Below, piece by piece: positions 36,913 through 47,697 of a stretch of 64,000 nt of DNA (within the stretch, counting starts at the first letter, position 1; each line of letters begins with the position of its first letter). The notes under the pieces are model-generated. The model made no database searches and was not told the DNA's origin. It worked only from the letters and a program-made list of their open reading frames with translations. A program made the translations under genes and the position numbers. Origin of the DNA: an uncultured delta proteobacterium (GTDB taxonomy: Bacteria > Desulfobacterota > Binatia > HRBIN30 > BPIQ01); NCBI GenBank assembly GCA_963761335.1, contig CAVXGR010000011.1, positions 416,001 through 480,000 of the forward strand. Reading direction: 5' to 3'.

Positions 36913-37920
36913 ATGGAGATTGCCGCAGAGAAGAGCGCCGAGAAGCTCTACGAGCAGTTCGAGGTGCTGCACGAGCCGCAGGCGTACTCGCGCCCGGCCT
37001 GCGACCACATTGCCGATACGATCGCCCGCATCCGGCAGCTGAAGAAGGAACGCAACGCCGTGCTCCTGGCGCACAACTATCAGCGGCCGGAGATCTTCGA
37101 GGTCGCCGATTTCGTCGGCGACTCGCTCGAGCTGGCGCAGAAGGCGACCAAGGTAACCGCCGACGTCATCGTCTTCTGCGGGGTCCATTTCATGGCGGAG
37201 ACGGCGAAGATCCTCAATCCGGAGAAGACCGTTCTTCTCCCCGACCTGCGCGCCGGGTGCTCGCTCGCCGATACCGTCGAGCCCGACGCCCTGGCGGAAC
37301 GGCGCGACCAGCTGCGCCAGGTGTATCCGGACCTGCAGATCGTCGCCTACGTGAACACCAGCGCTGCGGTGAAGGCCCTGGTCGACGTCTGCTGCACCTC
37401 CTCGAATGCCGCCCGAATCGTCGAGGCCCTGCCGGCGCAGCACGTGCTCTTCGTTCCCGACCGCCACCTCGGCGAGTACGTCCAGAAGCAGACGGACAAG
37501 ACCGTGATCACCTGGGACGGCAACTGCTACGTGCACCACCAGATCACGCCCGAGAACGTCCGCAAGGTGAAGGAAGGCATTCCCGGGCTGAAGGTCCTGG
37601 TCCATCCCGAGTGCCGCGCCGACGTGGCCGCCCTCGCCGACGCGGTACTGAGCACCAGCGGCATGGTGCGCTACGCCAAGGAGAGCGACGCCGACGACTT
37701 TCTCGTGGTCACCGAGTGCGGGCTCACCGACCGCCTGCTGCTCGAGGCCCCGGGGAAGAACTTCTACAAGGCCTGCAAGCTGTGTCAGTTCATGAAGATG
37801 ATCACCCTCGACGGCGTGCGCGAGTCCCTGGAGTCGATGCGCTACGAGGTGACGCTCGACGAGGAGGTTCGCCGCGGCGCCGAGCGCTCGCTGCGGCGCA
37901 TGCTGGAGCTCAGCGCCTGA
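36913..37920 (+). CDS. nadA: Quinolinate synthase
   Basis: LAHNYQ, GDSL, FCGVHFMAETAK, AGCSLA, YVNTSA, VHPEC; GGAGG SD. Confidence 0.96.
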   Translation: MEIAAEKSAEKLYEQFEVLHEPQAYSRPACDHIADTIARIRQLKKERNAVLLAHNYQRPEIFEVADFVGDSLELAQKATKVTADVIVFCGVHFMAETAKILNPEKTVLLPDLRAGCSLADTVEPDALAERRDQLRQVYPDLQIVAYVNTSAAVKALVDVCCTSSNAARIVEALPAQHVLFVPDRHLGEYVQKQTDKTVITWDGNCYVHHQITPENVRKVKEGIPGLKVLVHPECRADVAALADAVLSTSGMVRYAKESDADDFLVVTECGLTDRLLLEAPGKNFYKACKLCQFMKMITLDGVRESLESMRYEVTLDEEVRRGAERSLRRMLELSA

Positions 37921-38573
37921 CGCCGCGGGCGCCGACGGTGGCGGTGGACGTGGTCATCTTCACGATCCACCGCGGCGAGCTGCAGGCCCTCCTGGTACGG
38001 GTGAAGCAAGGCCCGTTCGCGGGCCGCTGGGCTTTTCCCGGAGGTCTGCTCCCCCACGGCGAATCGCTCGACGCGGCCGCGGCCCGGGAGCTGGTCGAGA
38101 AGACCGGCATCGGCGACCTCTACCTGGAGCAGCTCTACACCTTCGGCGATCCCCGTCGCGACCCGCTCGGGCACGTGGTCTCGGTCGCCTACTTCGCCCT
38201 GGCGCCGTCGCCCGCGGCGCCACCGGCCAAAGATCCCAAGTACGACCGCGCCGAGTGGCGTCCGGTACACCGTCTGCCGCAGCTCGCCTACGGTCACAAC
38301 GCCGTGGCCGCCTATGCGCTGGCGCGGCTCCAGGCGAAGCTGGCATACAGCAACATCGCCTACAGCCTGCTGCCCGCGGAGTTCACCCTGAGCGAGCTGC
38401 AGGAGGTGTACGAGATCATTCTCGGGCGCCACCTCGACCGCCGCAACTTCCGCAAGAAGATCACCACCCTCGGCCTGCTGCGGCCGCTCGGCAGGCAGCG
38501 GCGCGGTGCCCATCGGCCCGCGGCTCTGTACGCCTTCGCGCAGCGGGTGCCGACCTTGGTGCAGGTCCTGTAG
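37917..38573 (+). CDS. nrtR: NrtR family Nudix/wHTH transcriptional regulator; start uncertain
   Basis: VDVVIF, WAFPGG, LEQLYTFGDP.RDP, FTLSELQ.VYE, LDRRNFRKK, HRPAALY; adjacent to nadA. Confidence 0.9.
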   Translation: MTPRAPTVAVDVVIFTIHRGELQALLVRVKQGPFAGRWAFPGGLLPHGESLDAAAARELVEKTGIGDLYLEQLYTFGDPRRDPLGHVVSVAYFALAPSPAAPPAKDPKYDRAEWRPVHRLPQLAYGHNAVAAYALARLQAKLAYSNIAYSLLPAEFTLSELQEVYEIILGRHLDRRNFRKKITTLGLLRPLGRQRRGAHRPAALYAFAQRVPTLVQVL

Positions 38574-38575
38574 GA

Positions 38576-39055
38576 GGGGACAGTGCATCATGAGCCTTGC
38601 GGCTCGCCAGCAGACGATGAAAATGAGGCTGGGGATCTGCCCCGTAGAGAGATTTGGCGGTTCTCGCCTGCGCGAAGTTCGCCCCGGAGGGGCGGTGGGG
38701 TGTAGCCCCGGGTGAAACCCGGGGAAGAATGCGCGCTCCGTCATAGGCGCCCCGCCAGGGGGCGCGGGCAAATTTCCGTCGATGTCGCGCCTCTACGCCG
38801 ATGCTCACCGATGGGTGCGTGGGAAGCTCATGGACGTGATTCATTCTACGCCTGCGCCCCTCCGGGGCGCTGATCCGGGCAATCGGAACGCTGTCCCCGG
38901 GTTAACACCCGGGGCTACATGCCCGCGCCCCTCCGGGGCGAACGCTCCACGCCAAGCGCCGGGACTCCGCCAGACCTTCACCCAACAGATTTTCGAAGCA
39001 GGCTACCTCCTCCAGGTGAGAGCTTCGAGCTCTGTCGCAAAAGTTGCCTGTCCCC
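38576..39055 (+). mobile_element. Nested fold-back element locus A (unit 38584-39001 inside a GGGGACAG...CTGTCCCC hairpin)
   Basis: Unit TGCATCATGAGCC...TTTTCGAAGCAG is homologous to the copies at 54314, 54667, 57396, 60383 and 60805. Mobility is inferred. Confidence 0.8.
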
Positions 39056-39151
39056 GCGGGCCGCCTCGGCCTCTCTTCCACGAAAGCGGAAAGGGGCGTT
39101 CTTGACAGGTTGCCCCGCATCCGGTTGCCTGCCGGCTTGCGGAGACGCCGT

Positions 39152-40540
39152 GTGGAAGCCGAGCCCTCTACCGCGCCGCCGTCGGCGACCGTCGATCTGC
39201 CGCTGGCACCGACACGCGCCGAGCTGCTGAAGATCATCTGGGATCTCGCCTGGCCGGTGATCATGACGCTGTCGCTCGAGTCCCTGGTCGGGCTCGCCGA
39301 CATGCTGATGGTGGGCCAACTGGGCGCCAACGCCGTCGCCGGTGTGGGCGTCGGCGTACAGATCCTGCAAACGGTCACCGGCTCGATGTTCGCCGTCGGC
39401 ACCGGCACGCTGGCGATCGTCGCCCGTCACGTCGGCGCCCGCGAGCTGCGGCCCGCCGAAGAGGTCCTGCGGCAGTCGCTCCTGGCAGTGGCGGTGCTGG
39501 CGACGGCGGCAACCCTGCCGGTGTTCGCCTGGGCTCCGGAGCTCGTGCGCCTCTTCGGCGTCGCCGAGCCGGTGGTGCAGCAAGGTGGTGGCTACGTGCG
39601 CACGGTGATGCTCGGCGTTCCCGCCGACGCTCTCATCTTCACCGTCGCCCTCGGCCTCCGCGGCGCCGGCGACACGCGCACACCGCTGATCGTCGGCGCC
39701 GTGGTCGGCACTCTGAACGTCTTCGGCAACTATCTGCTGATCTTCGGTCACCTCGGCCTGCCCGCCCTCGGCGTCGTCGGCGCCGCCGTCGCCACCGCCA
39801 TCTCCTTCAGCATCGGCGCGCTGCTGATCCTGCTGCTGCTGGCGCGTGGCAACCTGGTCCTGCGCCTGTCGGCGCGGGGGCTGCGGCTGCGCTTCGACGT
39901 CATTCGCCGGGTGCTCTCCGTCGGCTATCCGGCGGCGCTCGAGAACCTGCTCATGCAGGTGGGCTTCTACGTATACATCGTCTTCGCCTCGACCTACGGC
40001 ACCAGTGCGGTGGCGGCGTACTTCATCGGCGTGCGCATCCTGGCGCTGTCGTTCCTCCCCGGCTTCGGCTTCTCGGCGGCGGCGGCGACGCTGGTCGGGC
40101 AGAACCTCGGCGCCAACGATCCGCACCGCGCCGAGCGCAGCGGCTGGGAGTCGAACCGCCTGGCCATCTACATGATGACCGCGGCCGGCATCGTCATCTT
40201 CATCGCCGCCCGGCCGATCGCCGAGCTCTTCGTCGACGACGCGCAGGTGGTCGCCGACGCCGTGTCGTTCATCCGCGTGCTCGCCGCAGCGCAGCCGCTG
40301 ATGGCGATCGACTTCACGCTCGCCGGCGCTCTGCGCGGCGCCGGCGATACGCGCTTCCCGCTGGTCACCGTCTTCGTCGGCTTCTACGGCTGCCGCCTGG
40401 GATTCGCCTGGCTGGCCGCCTTCTGGCTGAAGCTCGATCTCTTCTGGCTGTGGTTCGCCCTGATCGGCGACTACGTCGCCCGCGCCCTGCTGAAGGGCTG
40501 GCGCTTCCGCTCCGGCCGCTGGCGCCATATCCGGGTGTAA
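39152..40540 (+). CDS. MATE family efflux transporter; start approximate
   Basis: LAWP, DMLMVGQLG, LRGAGDTRTP, NYLLIFG..G.P.LGV.GAA.AT, duplicated halves. Confidence 0.92.
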   Translation: MEAEPSTAPPSATVDLPLAPTRAELLKIIWDLAWPVIMTLSLESLVGLADMLMVGQLGANAVAGVGVGVQILQTVTGSMFAVGTGTLAIVARHVGARELRPAEEVLRQSLLAVAVLATAATLPVFAWAPELVRLFGVAEPVVQQGGGYVRTVMLGVPADALIFTVALGLRGAGDTRTPLIVGAVVGTLNVFGNYLLIFGHLGLPALGVVGAAVATAISFSIGALLILLLLARGNLVLRLSARGLRLRFDVIRRVLSVGYPAALENLLMQVGFYVYIVFASTYGTSAVAAYFIGVRILALSFLPGFGFSAAAATLVGQNLGANDPHRAERSGWESNRLAIYMMTAAGIVIFIAARPIAELFVDDAQVVADAVSFIRVLAAAQPLMAIDFTLAGALRGAGDTRFPLVTVFVGFYGCRLGFAWLAAFWLKLDLFWLWFALIGDYVARALLKGWRFRSGRWRHIRV

Positions 40541-40651
40541 CAAGGGCACGGGCAACCCCCTATCCATCGCGCTCGTGCTCGTAATCGGCTCTGAGCGCTG
40601 CGGGGGATCTCGCCCCGCCGCGGCGCTTCGCACGAGCGAGAACTGGGTCGG

Positions 40652-41740
40652 CTAGCAGAACTGCGCGACCTCGACATCCTCGCCGCTGCGCGCCGAGTGG
40701 TAGATGGCCTCGACCAGACGTTGGGCCTCGACGCCGGCGCGCAGGTCGGGGGCCGGGGGACGGTCCTCGAGCAGAGCCTCCACGAACGACAGATCCTGGA
40801 GCATGTAACCGACGGCGAACCAGTTCGACAGCGGGTGGTCGCCGCGGCCGAGGGTGGCGACGAAGTGGCGCACCACCTCGTCCGCGGTCACCAACTCCTC
40901 CTCGCCGGCGCCGACCTGGCGCAGCACCGGGCCCACCATGTCGTGATCGCTGGCGACGAAGCCGTTCTCGCAGAACACCTCGAGCCGTCGGTTCGACGGC
41001 CGCGAGACGATGTTGTGCCACAAGTTCATCAGCTGCGCCCGCAGGCCGGAGGCGAACTCGATCTCCACCGCCATGTAATCCTCGACGCCGGGGTGGCCGG
41101 CGCGGTTCTGCTCCCAGGCGCGCAGGCGGGCAATCGGCCCAAACATCCAGGTCATCAGGTCGATATCGTGCACACCGTGCTCGATCATCGTGCCGCCGGC
41201 GGTGAGCGAGCGATCGGCGCGCCAGGTGCTGTTGTGGACGCCGCGAATCGGGAAGCACTGGTCGTCGCGGAAGACCACCGCCATCGGCGTCCCCATCTCC
41301 GGGCGGCGGATGAGGTGGTCCATGTGCGTGTACACGGCCGAATACCGCAGCACCAGGCCGATCTGCGTGTGAATACCGGCGGCGCTCACCTGCGCGGCCA
41401 TGCGCCGCGCCTCGGCGAGCGACATGGCCAGGGGCTTCTCGCAGAAGAGGTGCAGCCCCCGCGCCGCCGCCTTCTCCACCAGTGCCGCGTGATGGCGCGT
41501 CGGCGTGCACACGAAGAGTGTGTTGATGTCCGCCTCGCGCAGCAGCGAGTCGTCGTCGGCAAAGGTGCGCGCGTAGCGGAAGTGCTCGGCGAAGCGCCGC
41601 CGCGCCTCCGGGTCCGGATCGGCAACCGCCTCGAGCCGCACCCGCTCCTCGCCGAGCGCATCGGCGATCTGCCGCAGCATGATCGAGTGCGTGCCGCCGA
41701 TGAACCCCGCTCCCACGAGGCCGATGCGGAGCTGTTGCAT
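40652..41740 (-). CDS. Gfo/Idh/MocA family oxidoreductase
   Basis: GLVGAGFIG, CTPT..H, CEKPLA, GGTMIEHGVHDID. Confidence 0.92.
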   Translation of the reverse strand: MQQLRIGLVGAGFIGGTHSIMLRQIADALGEERVRLEAVADPDPEARRRFAEHFRYARTFADDDSLLREADINTLFVCTPTRHHAALVEKAAARGLHLFCEKPLAMSLAEARRMAAQVSAAGIHTQIGLVLRYSAVYTHMDHLIRRPEMGTPMAVVFRDDQCFPIRGVHNSTWRADRSLTAGGTMIEHGVHDIDLMTWMFGPIARLRAWEQNRAGHPGVEDYMAVEIEFASGLRAQLMNLWHNIVSRPSNRRLEVFCENGFVASDHDMVGPVLRQVGAGEEELVTADEVVRHFVATLGRGDHPLSNWFAVGYMLQDLSFVEALLEDRPPAPDLRAGVEAQRLVEAIYHSARSGEDVEVAQFC

Positions 41741-41779
41741 GCCGCGGTGGTTAACATAGGACGCGGCGCCGGGGGAAGA

Positions 41780-42000
41780 GTGTTGAGGTGTTGAGGTGTT
41801 GGGTGTTGAGGACCTTTGCCCAACGGGATGCCCGTTAGCTGCGGGCGGGTTGTTGGCTGCTACGTTGTTAGGTTGTTAGGTTGTTAGGTTGTTAGGTCAA
41901 TCACCCCTTCTTACCAACAACCAACAACGCAACAACCTAACAACCTTCGGCGGCGGCCCCGTGGGCTCGATTCGTTGGGCAAAGCCTGTTGAGGTGTTGG
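41780..42000. repeat. GTGTTGAG tract interrupted by a 171-bp MITE-like unit containing GTTGTTAG/CTAACAAC inverted tracts
   Basis: 12-bp inverted repeats CTTTGCCCAACG (41814) and CGTTGGGCAAAG (41973-41984). Confidence 0.75.
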
Positions 42001-42038
42001 GCGGTCGCTTTTCGCTCGGGCCGCTGCGGGCGAGGGTG

Positions 42039-42080
42039 CCCTCTCCCGCATTGCCCGCGGGAGAGGGGCAGGGGTGAGGG
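42039..42080. repeat. CCCTCACCC/CCCTCTCCC-type palindromic repeat (left bracket)
   Basis: CCCTCTCCCGCATTGCCCGCGGGAGAGGGGCAGGGGTGAGGG. Confidence 0.85.
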
Positions 42081-42182
42081 CGCCGATCTCTTTGATGATT
42101 GTCAGGGTCAACCCGCGCCGCGACGACCGCCTTGTCTGGATCGGGGCTGGCACAGTATTGCCGGAACGACTAGGGTCTGGCT

Positions 42183-43563
42183 GTGCTTCGAGTTTCAGGA
42201 CTGGGGACCGCTTTGTGGCTTTGTATCGCCACATCTGGGTTGTGCGCGACCTATCCTGCAGGGAGCGTCGTCGGTTTCAACGCGGACGGCGGCGCCTACG
42301 GTGTATTTCACGACGGGTCGCTGATCGAATCCGGAGAGCTCGACGATTTCCCGTATTCTTCCTTTCCTGCGGGAGTGGCATCCACGCCCGCAGGCGACTT
42401 TATCGAAGCCTTCTGGTTCGACGGGAAGGCTGAGTCCCAATCCGGCCTGGAAATCCGAAGGGCCGATCGCACTTCCGAGAGACTGATCTTCGATAACCGC
42501 CAATTTTTCGGGCTAGCACTTGGTCCGAATGGTCAGCTCTGGGTCTCGGACGAGTTCGCGTCTGAGCTGATCCGAATCGACATTGCGTCCGGTGAGATCG
42601 CCGACGTCATTCAGGTGACACGAAGCGAGCTTTTGGAGGATATTGATTCGGCGGGTTACTTCTATCTACTGACCGTTGTTCCCGAACCAGAGTATACTCA
42701 TTCGGATCAGAACACCGGCTGGCCGATACGTGCGCGATATTGACGTTCACACGGACGTCCATGCGGTGCGCGTTCATCAAGACGGAACTCTGGTGGCATG
42801 GACCCGGAACGGCATTGCGAGACTGGACCCGGCAGGTCCGATACTGAGCACCCCGAAGACAATACCGGGGACGGCATCAACGGGATTTGCTCTTTCCGAC
42901 ACAAACAGTGCGTGGTTTGGTGGAATGCAATCCGTTGATCCCACCATCCTGGAAAGCAGTCTTGACGGCGAAGTGCTGGACGAATTCGAGGTTCCCCGCG
43001 ACATCGCACTGCATGGCGCGGCCGTGTCCTACCTGGCCGTGATCCCGCCGGCGCCGCGCGGGTCGGTCTGCAACCCGACCACCTGCCCACCGGCAACACC
43101 GTCGCCGACGAGCTCTCCTACGGCGACCAATAGTCCGACTGCAACCGGCACCGCCTCTCCGTCCTCGACAGCCACGGCGACGCCGGCGACTGCCATGCCG
43201 GACTCGAGCACGACTCCGGCCTTCACCGCGACAACTGAATCGCTGGCCAGCGCGACTGCTTCCGGCTCAGGGACAGCCGCAGATGGCTGCCAGATCAGTG
43301 CGCCAAAGGCGTCAGGCTCTTCTCCGGGGGCCAACATGGTGTTCCTCTGCGCCGTCTTTCTGCTCGTCTTGCGCAAGGCCAGATCCGGTCACCGTGGGAC
43401 GACTCGCGAGCCCGCAGTTGCCGATCTACCCTCTATCATGTCACCCCTGTGCCCGGTCTGGACCGAGATCGGAACCCTCACCCTGGCCCTCTTCCCGCCC
43501 GCAATGCGGGAGAGGGAAGCCGCGCTCGCAACAGCGGGAGAGGCCCCCAAGTCGAACAACTAA
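42183..43563 (+). pseudogene. Secreted beta-propeller-like protein with Thr/Pro linker and GC-CTERM-like tail, split by a frameshift near 42675-42720
   Basis: Overlapping ORFs 42183-42743 and 42676-43563; GLALGPNGQLWVSD; DGCQIS...FLCAVFLLVLRKAR; visibly more AT-rich than the flanks. Confidence 0.6.
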
Positions 43564-43582
43564 CAACCCAACAACCAACAAC
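43475..43582. repeat. CCCTCACCC-type repeat (right bracket, inverted) plus AACAAC tract
   Basis: CCCTCACCCTGGCCCTCTTCCCGCCCGCAATGCGGGAGAGGG, then AACAACTAACAACCCAACAACCAACAACC. Confidence 0.82.
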
Positions 43583-43590
43583 CTTCTTCT

Positions 43591-44808
<1,218 letters not shown>

Positions 44809-44844
44809 TGTCGTCCTCCGTTCGTGTCTCGCGGGGTGCCGGCG

Positions 44845-45948
44845 TCAGACGATCGCCAGGCCTTCGAAGGTGGCAAAGCCGCGGCCGTTGCGCAGCCACA
44901 GCTCCACCGGATGCTCGCGGATGTAGCCGTGGCCGCCGAGTACCTGGACGGCGTTGTCGGTCACCTTGAGAACCATGTTGGCGGCGTACTGCTTGGCGAG
45001 CACGGCTTCGCGGGTGGCATCCTCGCCGCGGTCCATCTTCCAGGCGGCCTCCCAGGTCAGCAGGCGCGTGGCGTCGATCTCGGTGGCCATCTCCGCCAGC
45101 ATGAAGGCGATCGCCTGCTTCTGGCCGATGGCCACGCCGAAGGCGCGGCGCTCCTTGGCGTAGTCGCGGGCGTACTCGAAGGCGGCGCGGGCGACGCCCA
45201 CGGCGAGCGCGGCGAGGGCAACGCGCGCGGCGTTGAGCAGGCGGGCGTAGTCGATGCCCTGGTCGCCGCCGAGGCGCTGTGCCGCGGGGACGCGGCAGCC
45301 CTGCAGGCTCACCTCGTAGGTGTGCAGCGCCTGGATTCCCATGTTCTTCTCCACCTCGCCCACCGCCAGCCCCGGCGTGTCGCGCGGCACCAGGAAGGCG
45401 TCGACGGCGTCGCGGGCCTCGCCGGTCTGCGCGTACACCAGGATATGATCGGAGTCGGCGGCCAGCGGCACGTAGCACTTGGTGCCGTCGAGCACGTAGC
45501 TCCCGCCGTCTCGCCGCGCTCGCGTCGCCAGCTCGCCGGTGTCGAAGCCAAAGCGCGGCTCCATCAGCGCCGCCGCGCCGCCGCGGAACTCGGCGCCGGC
45601 GAAGGCGGGGAGAATCTGCTTCCTCTGCTCCTCGGTGCCCATCTCGATGACGGGGTAGACGAGCAGGCGGGGCGCCAGCAGATGCATGGCGATCGACAGG
45701 TCTCCCCAGGCGAGCTCCTCGGCGATCAGGGCCCCGGTCACCAGCGAGCGCCTGTCGCCGGCGCCGCCGTAGGCCTCGGGGATGGCACTCTGCACCAGGC
45801 CCAGCTCCCACCCCTGCTGCGCGATGCCGGCGGGTACCTCGTTGGATTCGTCGGCGTCGTGCCCGAGCGGGCGCACCTGCTCTTGGGCGAAGCTGGCGAC
45901 GGTATCGCGAATGAGCTGCTGATCCTCATCGGGTTGGAAACTGACCAT
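44845..45948 (-). CDS. Acyl-CoA dehydrogenase (paired subunit)
   Basis: EELAWGD, LDGTK, RRAFG..IG.KQAIAF, VQVLGGHGYIREHPVE; AGGAG SD. Confidence 0.93.
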   Translation of the reverse strand: MVSFQPDEDQQLIRDTVASFAQEQVRPLGHDADESNEVPAGIAQQGWELGLVQSAIPEAYGGAGDRRSLVTGALIAEELAWGDLSIAMHLLAPRLLVYPVIEMGTEEQRKQILPAFAGAEFRGGAAALMEPRFGFDTGELATRARRDGGSYVLDGTKCYVPLAADSDHILVYAQTGEARDAVDAFLVPRDTPGLAVGEVEKNMGIQALHTYEVSLQGCRVPAAQRLGGDQGIDYARLLNAARVALAALAVGVARAAFEYARDYAKERRAFGVAIGQKQAIAFMLAEMATEIDATRLLTWEAAWKMDRGEDATREAVLAKQYAANMVLKVTDNAVQVLGGHGYIREHPVELWLRNGRGFATFEGLAIV

Positions 45949-46609
45949 GGCTTCTCCTCCTGACCGGGGCTCGGCGGGACGCCAGGGACGCACCCTTGGC
46001 GGCGGCCGCCGACAGCCAGTCGATGTAGTGATGAACGAAAGCTCCCAGGGAGGCGGCGAGATCGACTCGCTGCGGATCCTGGTAATACTGAATCTCCGCT
46101 CCCATTACCGCCGCCGCGTAGACGTAGGCGGCCGCGTCCGCATCGGCGTCGGCGCGGAACACGCCGGCGCGCTGGCCGTCGCCGATGATGGAGGCGAGAA
46201 AGGCGCGGAAGCGCTCCATCATCTCGCGAAACTGCCGCGCGATGCGGGCGTTGGTGTCGAGGGTCTCGACCATGAGGGTGACGATGAAGCGGCGGTGATT
46301 GCTCTTGGTGGCATGCTCCACGCACGCATCGGTGACCCGCCGCAGCCGCGCCGGGGCATCGGCGCATTGCGCGACTTCGGCGGCGACGCGGCGCTCGAAC
46401 TGACCGACCCGGGTGCGCACCGCCTGGAAGAGCAGCTCCTCCTTGTCGCGGAAATGGTAGTAGAGCGCCCCCTTGGTAACGCCACCGGCCTTGGCGATGC
46501 GGTCGATCGACGTCGCCTGGTATCCGTAGCGCGCGAAGCAGTCGATGGCGGCGTCCATCAGGTCGCGCCGCGACTGATCTCCGCGCACAGCCTTGGGAGC
46601 CTCGGCCAT
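45926..46609 (-). CDS. TetR/AcrR family regulator
   Basis: AAIDCFARYGY.ATSIDRIA..GGVTKGALYYHFRDKEEL. Confidence 0.93.
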   Translation of the reverse strand: MAEAPKAVRGDQSRRDLMDAAIDCFARYGYQATSIDRIAKAGGVTKGALYYHFRDKEELLFQAVRTRVGQFERRVAAEVAQCADAPARLRRVTDACVEHATKSNHRRFIVTLMVETLDTNARIARQFREMMERFRAFLASIIGDGQRAGVFRADADADAAAYVYAAAVMGAEIQYYQDPQRVDLAASLGAFVHHYIDWLSAAAAKGASLASRRAPVRRRSHGQFPTR

Positions 46610-46648
46610 ACTGAACGTTTAGTATGCTGGATTGATGCGGTGTGTCAA
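46607..46648 (-). promoter_or_regulatory. tetR promoter with overlapping palindromic operator
   Basis: Minus strand TTGACA-N16-CATACT; the 20-bp palindrome CATACTGAACGTTTAGTATG (46607-46626) covers the -10 box and start codon. Confidence 0.8.
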
Positions 46649-46699
46649 GAGACGTTCGGTCCGGTAGTGCCTCAATTCATTTCGGGCCGTTTGATGTCG

Positions 46700-46841
46700 C
46701 CCTCTCCCGCATTGCCTGCGGGGGAGGGGCAGGGGTGAGGGTGCCGATCTTCTTTGAAGGTGCGCGGAACGACGAGCTTTCAGTGAACAGAAGAGGGACC
46801 CCTCACCTGACCTCTCCCCGCGGAGAAATGCGGGGAGAGGG
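46700..46841. repeat. About 140-bp CCCTCACCC-type doublet
   Basis: Homologous over its whole length, including the spacer CTTTCAGTGAA, to the reverse complement of 52115-52252. Confidence 0.85.
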
Positions 46842-47108
46842 ACCTGGTGCCTGTGCGTCGGAACAAAACTGACGCACTACCCTCGGACCCGGTATCTCGG
46901 TGGCTCGGTATCTCGGTGGCTTGGTTTATCGGGTTGGCGGGTTGGTGGGAGCACTCAGCGTCAAAAGCATGGTCAGGCGCCGCGAGAAACGTCCGAATGT
47001 GGACATGATCAGATGCTGTGCGAATCTCGAAGGGCTCGGGATGAAACGAGTTTTTTCGGGCCCTTCGCCGCGTTTTGCTGGCACCCCGGTTGCAGCCGAC
47101 AAGGGGTC

Positions 47109-47687
47109 GTGCGCGCCCGCATCACCGATATCGCCATCGCCCTGGCGGCGCTCTTGATCGTCGCCGTGATCAGCCCGCCGGCGTGGACGGACCAGGCTCA
47201 GGTCCCCGCAGCAACGCAGCAGTCGACGGAGCTGGAGCCGCTGTGCGCCGTCGCGGCGGCGCCGCTGGAGGCGCTGCCAGCGAGGCCGGCGCCGGAAACG
47301 GCGCTGATCGACGAGATCAACCACGTGCGCATCCTGGCCGGGCTCTCGCCGCTCGCCTACGCTGGCGACGAGGTTCGCGACATCGCCCGCCGTCACAGTG
47401 AGCACATGCTCGCCGGCGGCGAGCTGGTCCACGCCGACGATCTGGGAGGGAGCCCGGGGGCGCGTCTCGATCGCGCCGGCGTCTCGTGGCGCAAGGTCGG
47501 CGAGAACCTCCTCGAGGACATCGGCGCCCCGGCGCCGGCGACGGCGGCGACCCACGCCGTCGACGCCTGGATCCAGAGCCCGGCGCACCGCGCCAACCTC
47601 CTCGACGGCGGCTACACCGCGACCGCCATCGGCATGGCCTCCGATTCCCGCCGGACCTACCTGACGCAGATCTTCCTGGCGCCGTAG
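47109..47687 (+). CDS. CAP (SCP-like) domain secreted protein
   Basis: INHVR..AGL.PL, ARRHSEHM, GENL, WIQSPAHRANLL. Confidence 0.88.
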   Translation: MRARITDIAIALAALLIVAVISPPAWTDQAQVPAATQQSTELEPLCAVAAAPLEALPARPAPETALIDEINHVRILAGLSPLAYAGDEVRDIARRHSEHMLAGGELVHADDLGGSPGARLDRAGVSWRKVGENLLEDIGAPAPATAATHAVDAWIQSPAHRANLLDGGYTATAIGMASDSRRTYLTQIFLAP

Positions 47688-47697
47688 GCGGCGGAAT

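Noticed and set aside
38584..39001. ORFs inside the fold-back element (MSRLYADAHRWVRG...) as a transposase
   Set aside because: Frames and stops differ between copies, and there is no HUH, DDE or DEDD motif.
46890..46921. 16-bp tandem duplication CGGTATCTCGGTGGCT
   Set aside because: Only two copies; most simply replication slippage.
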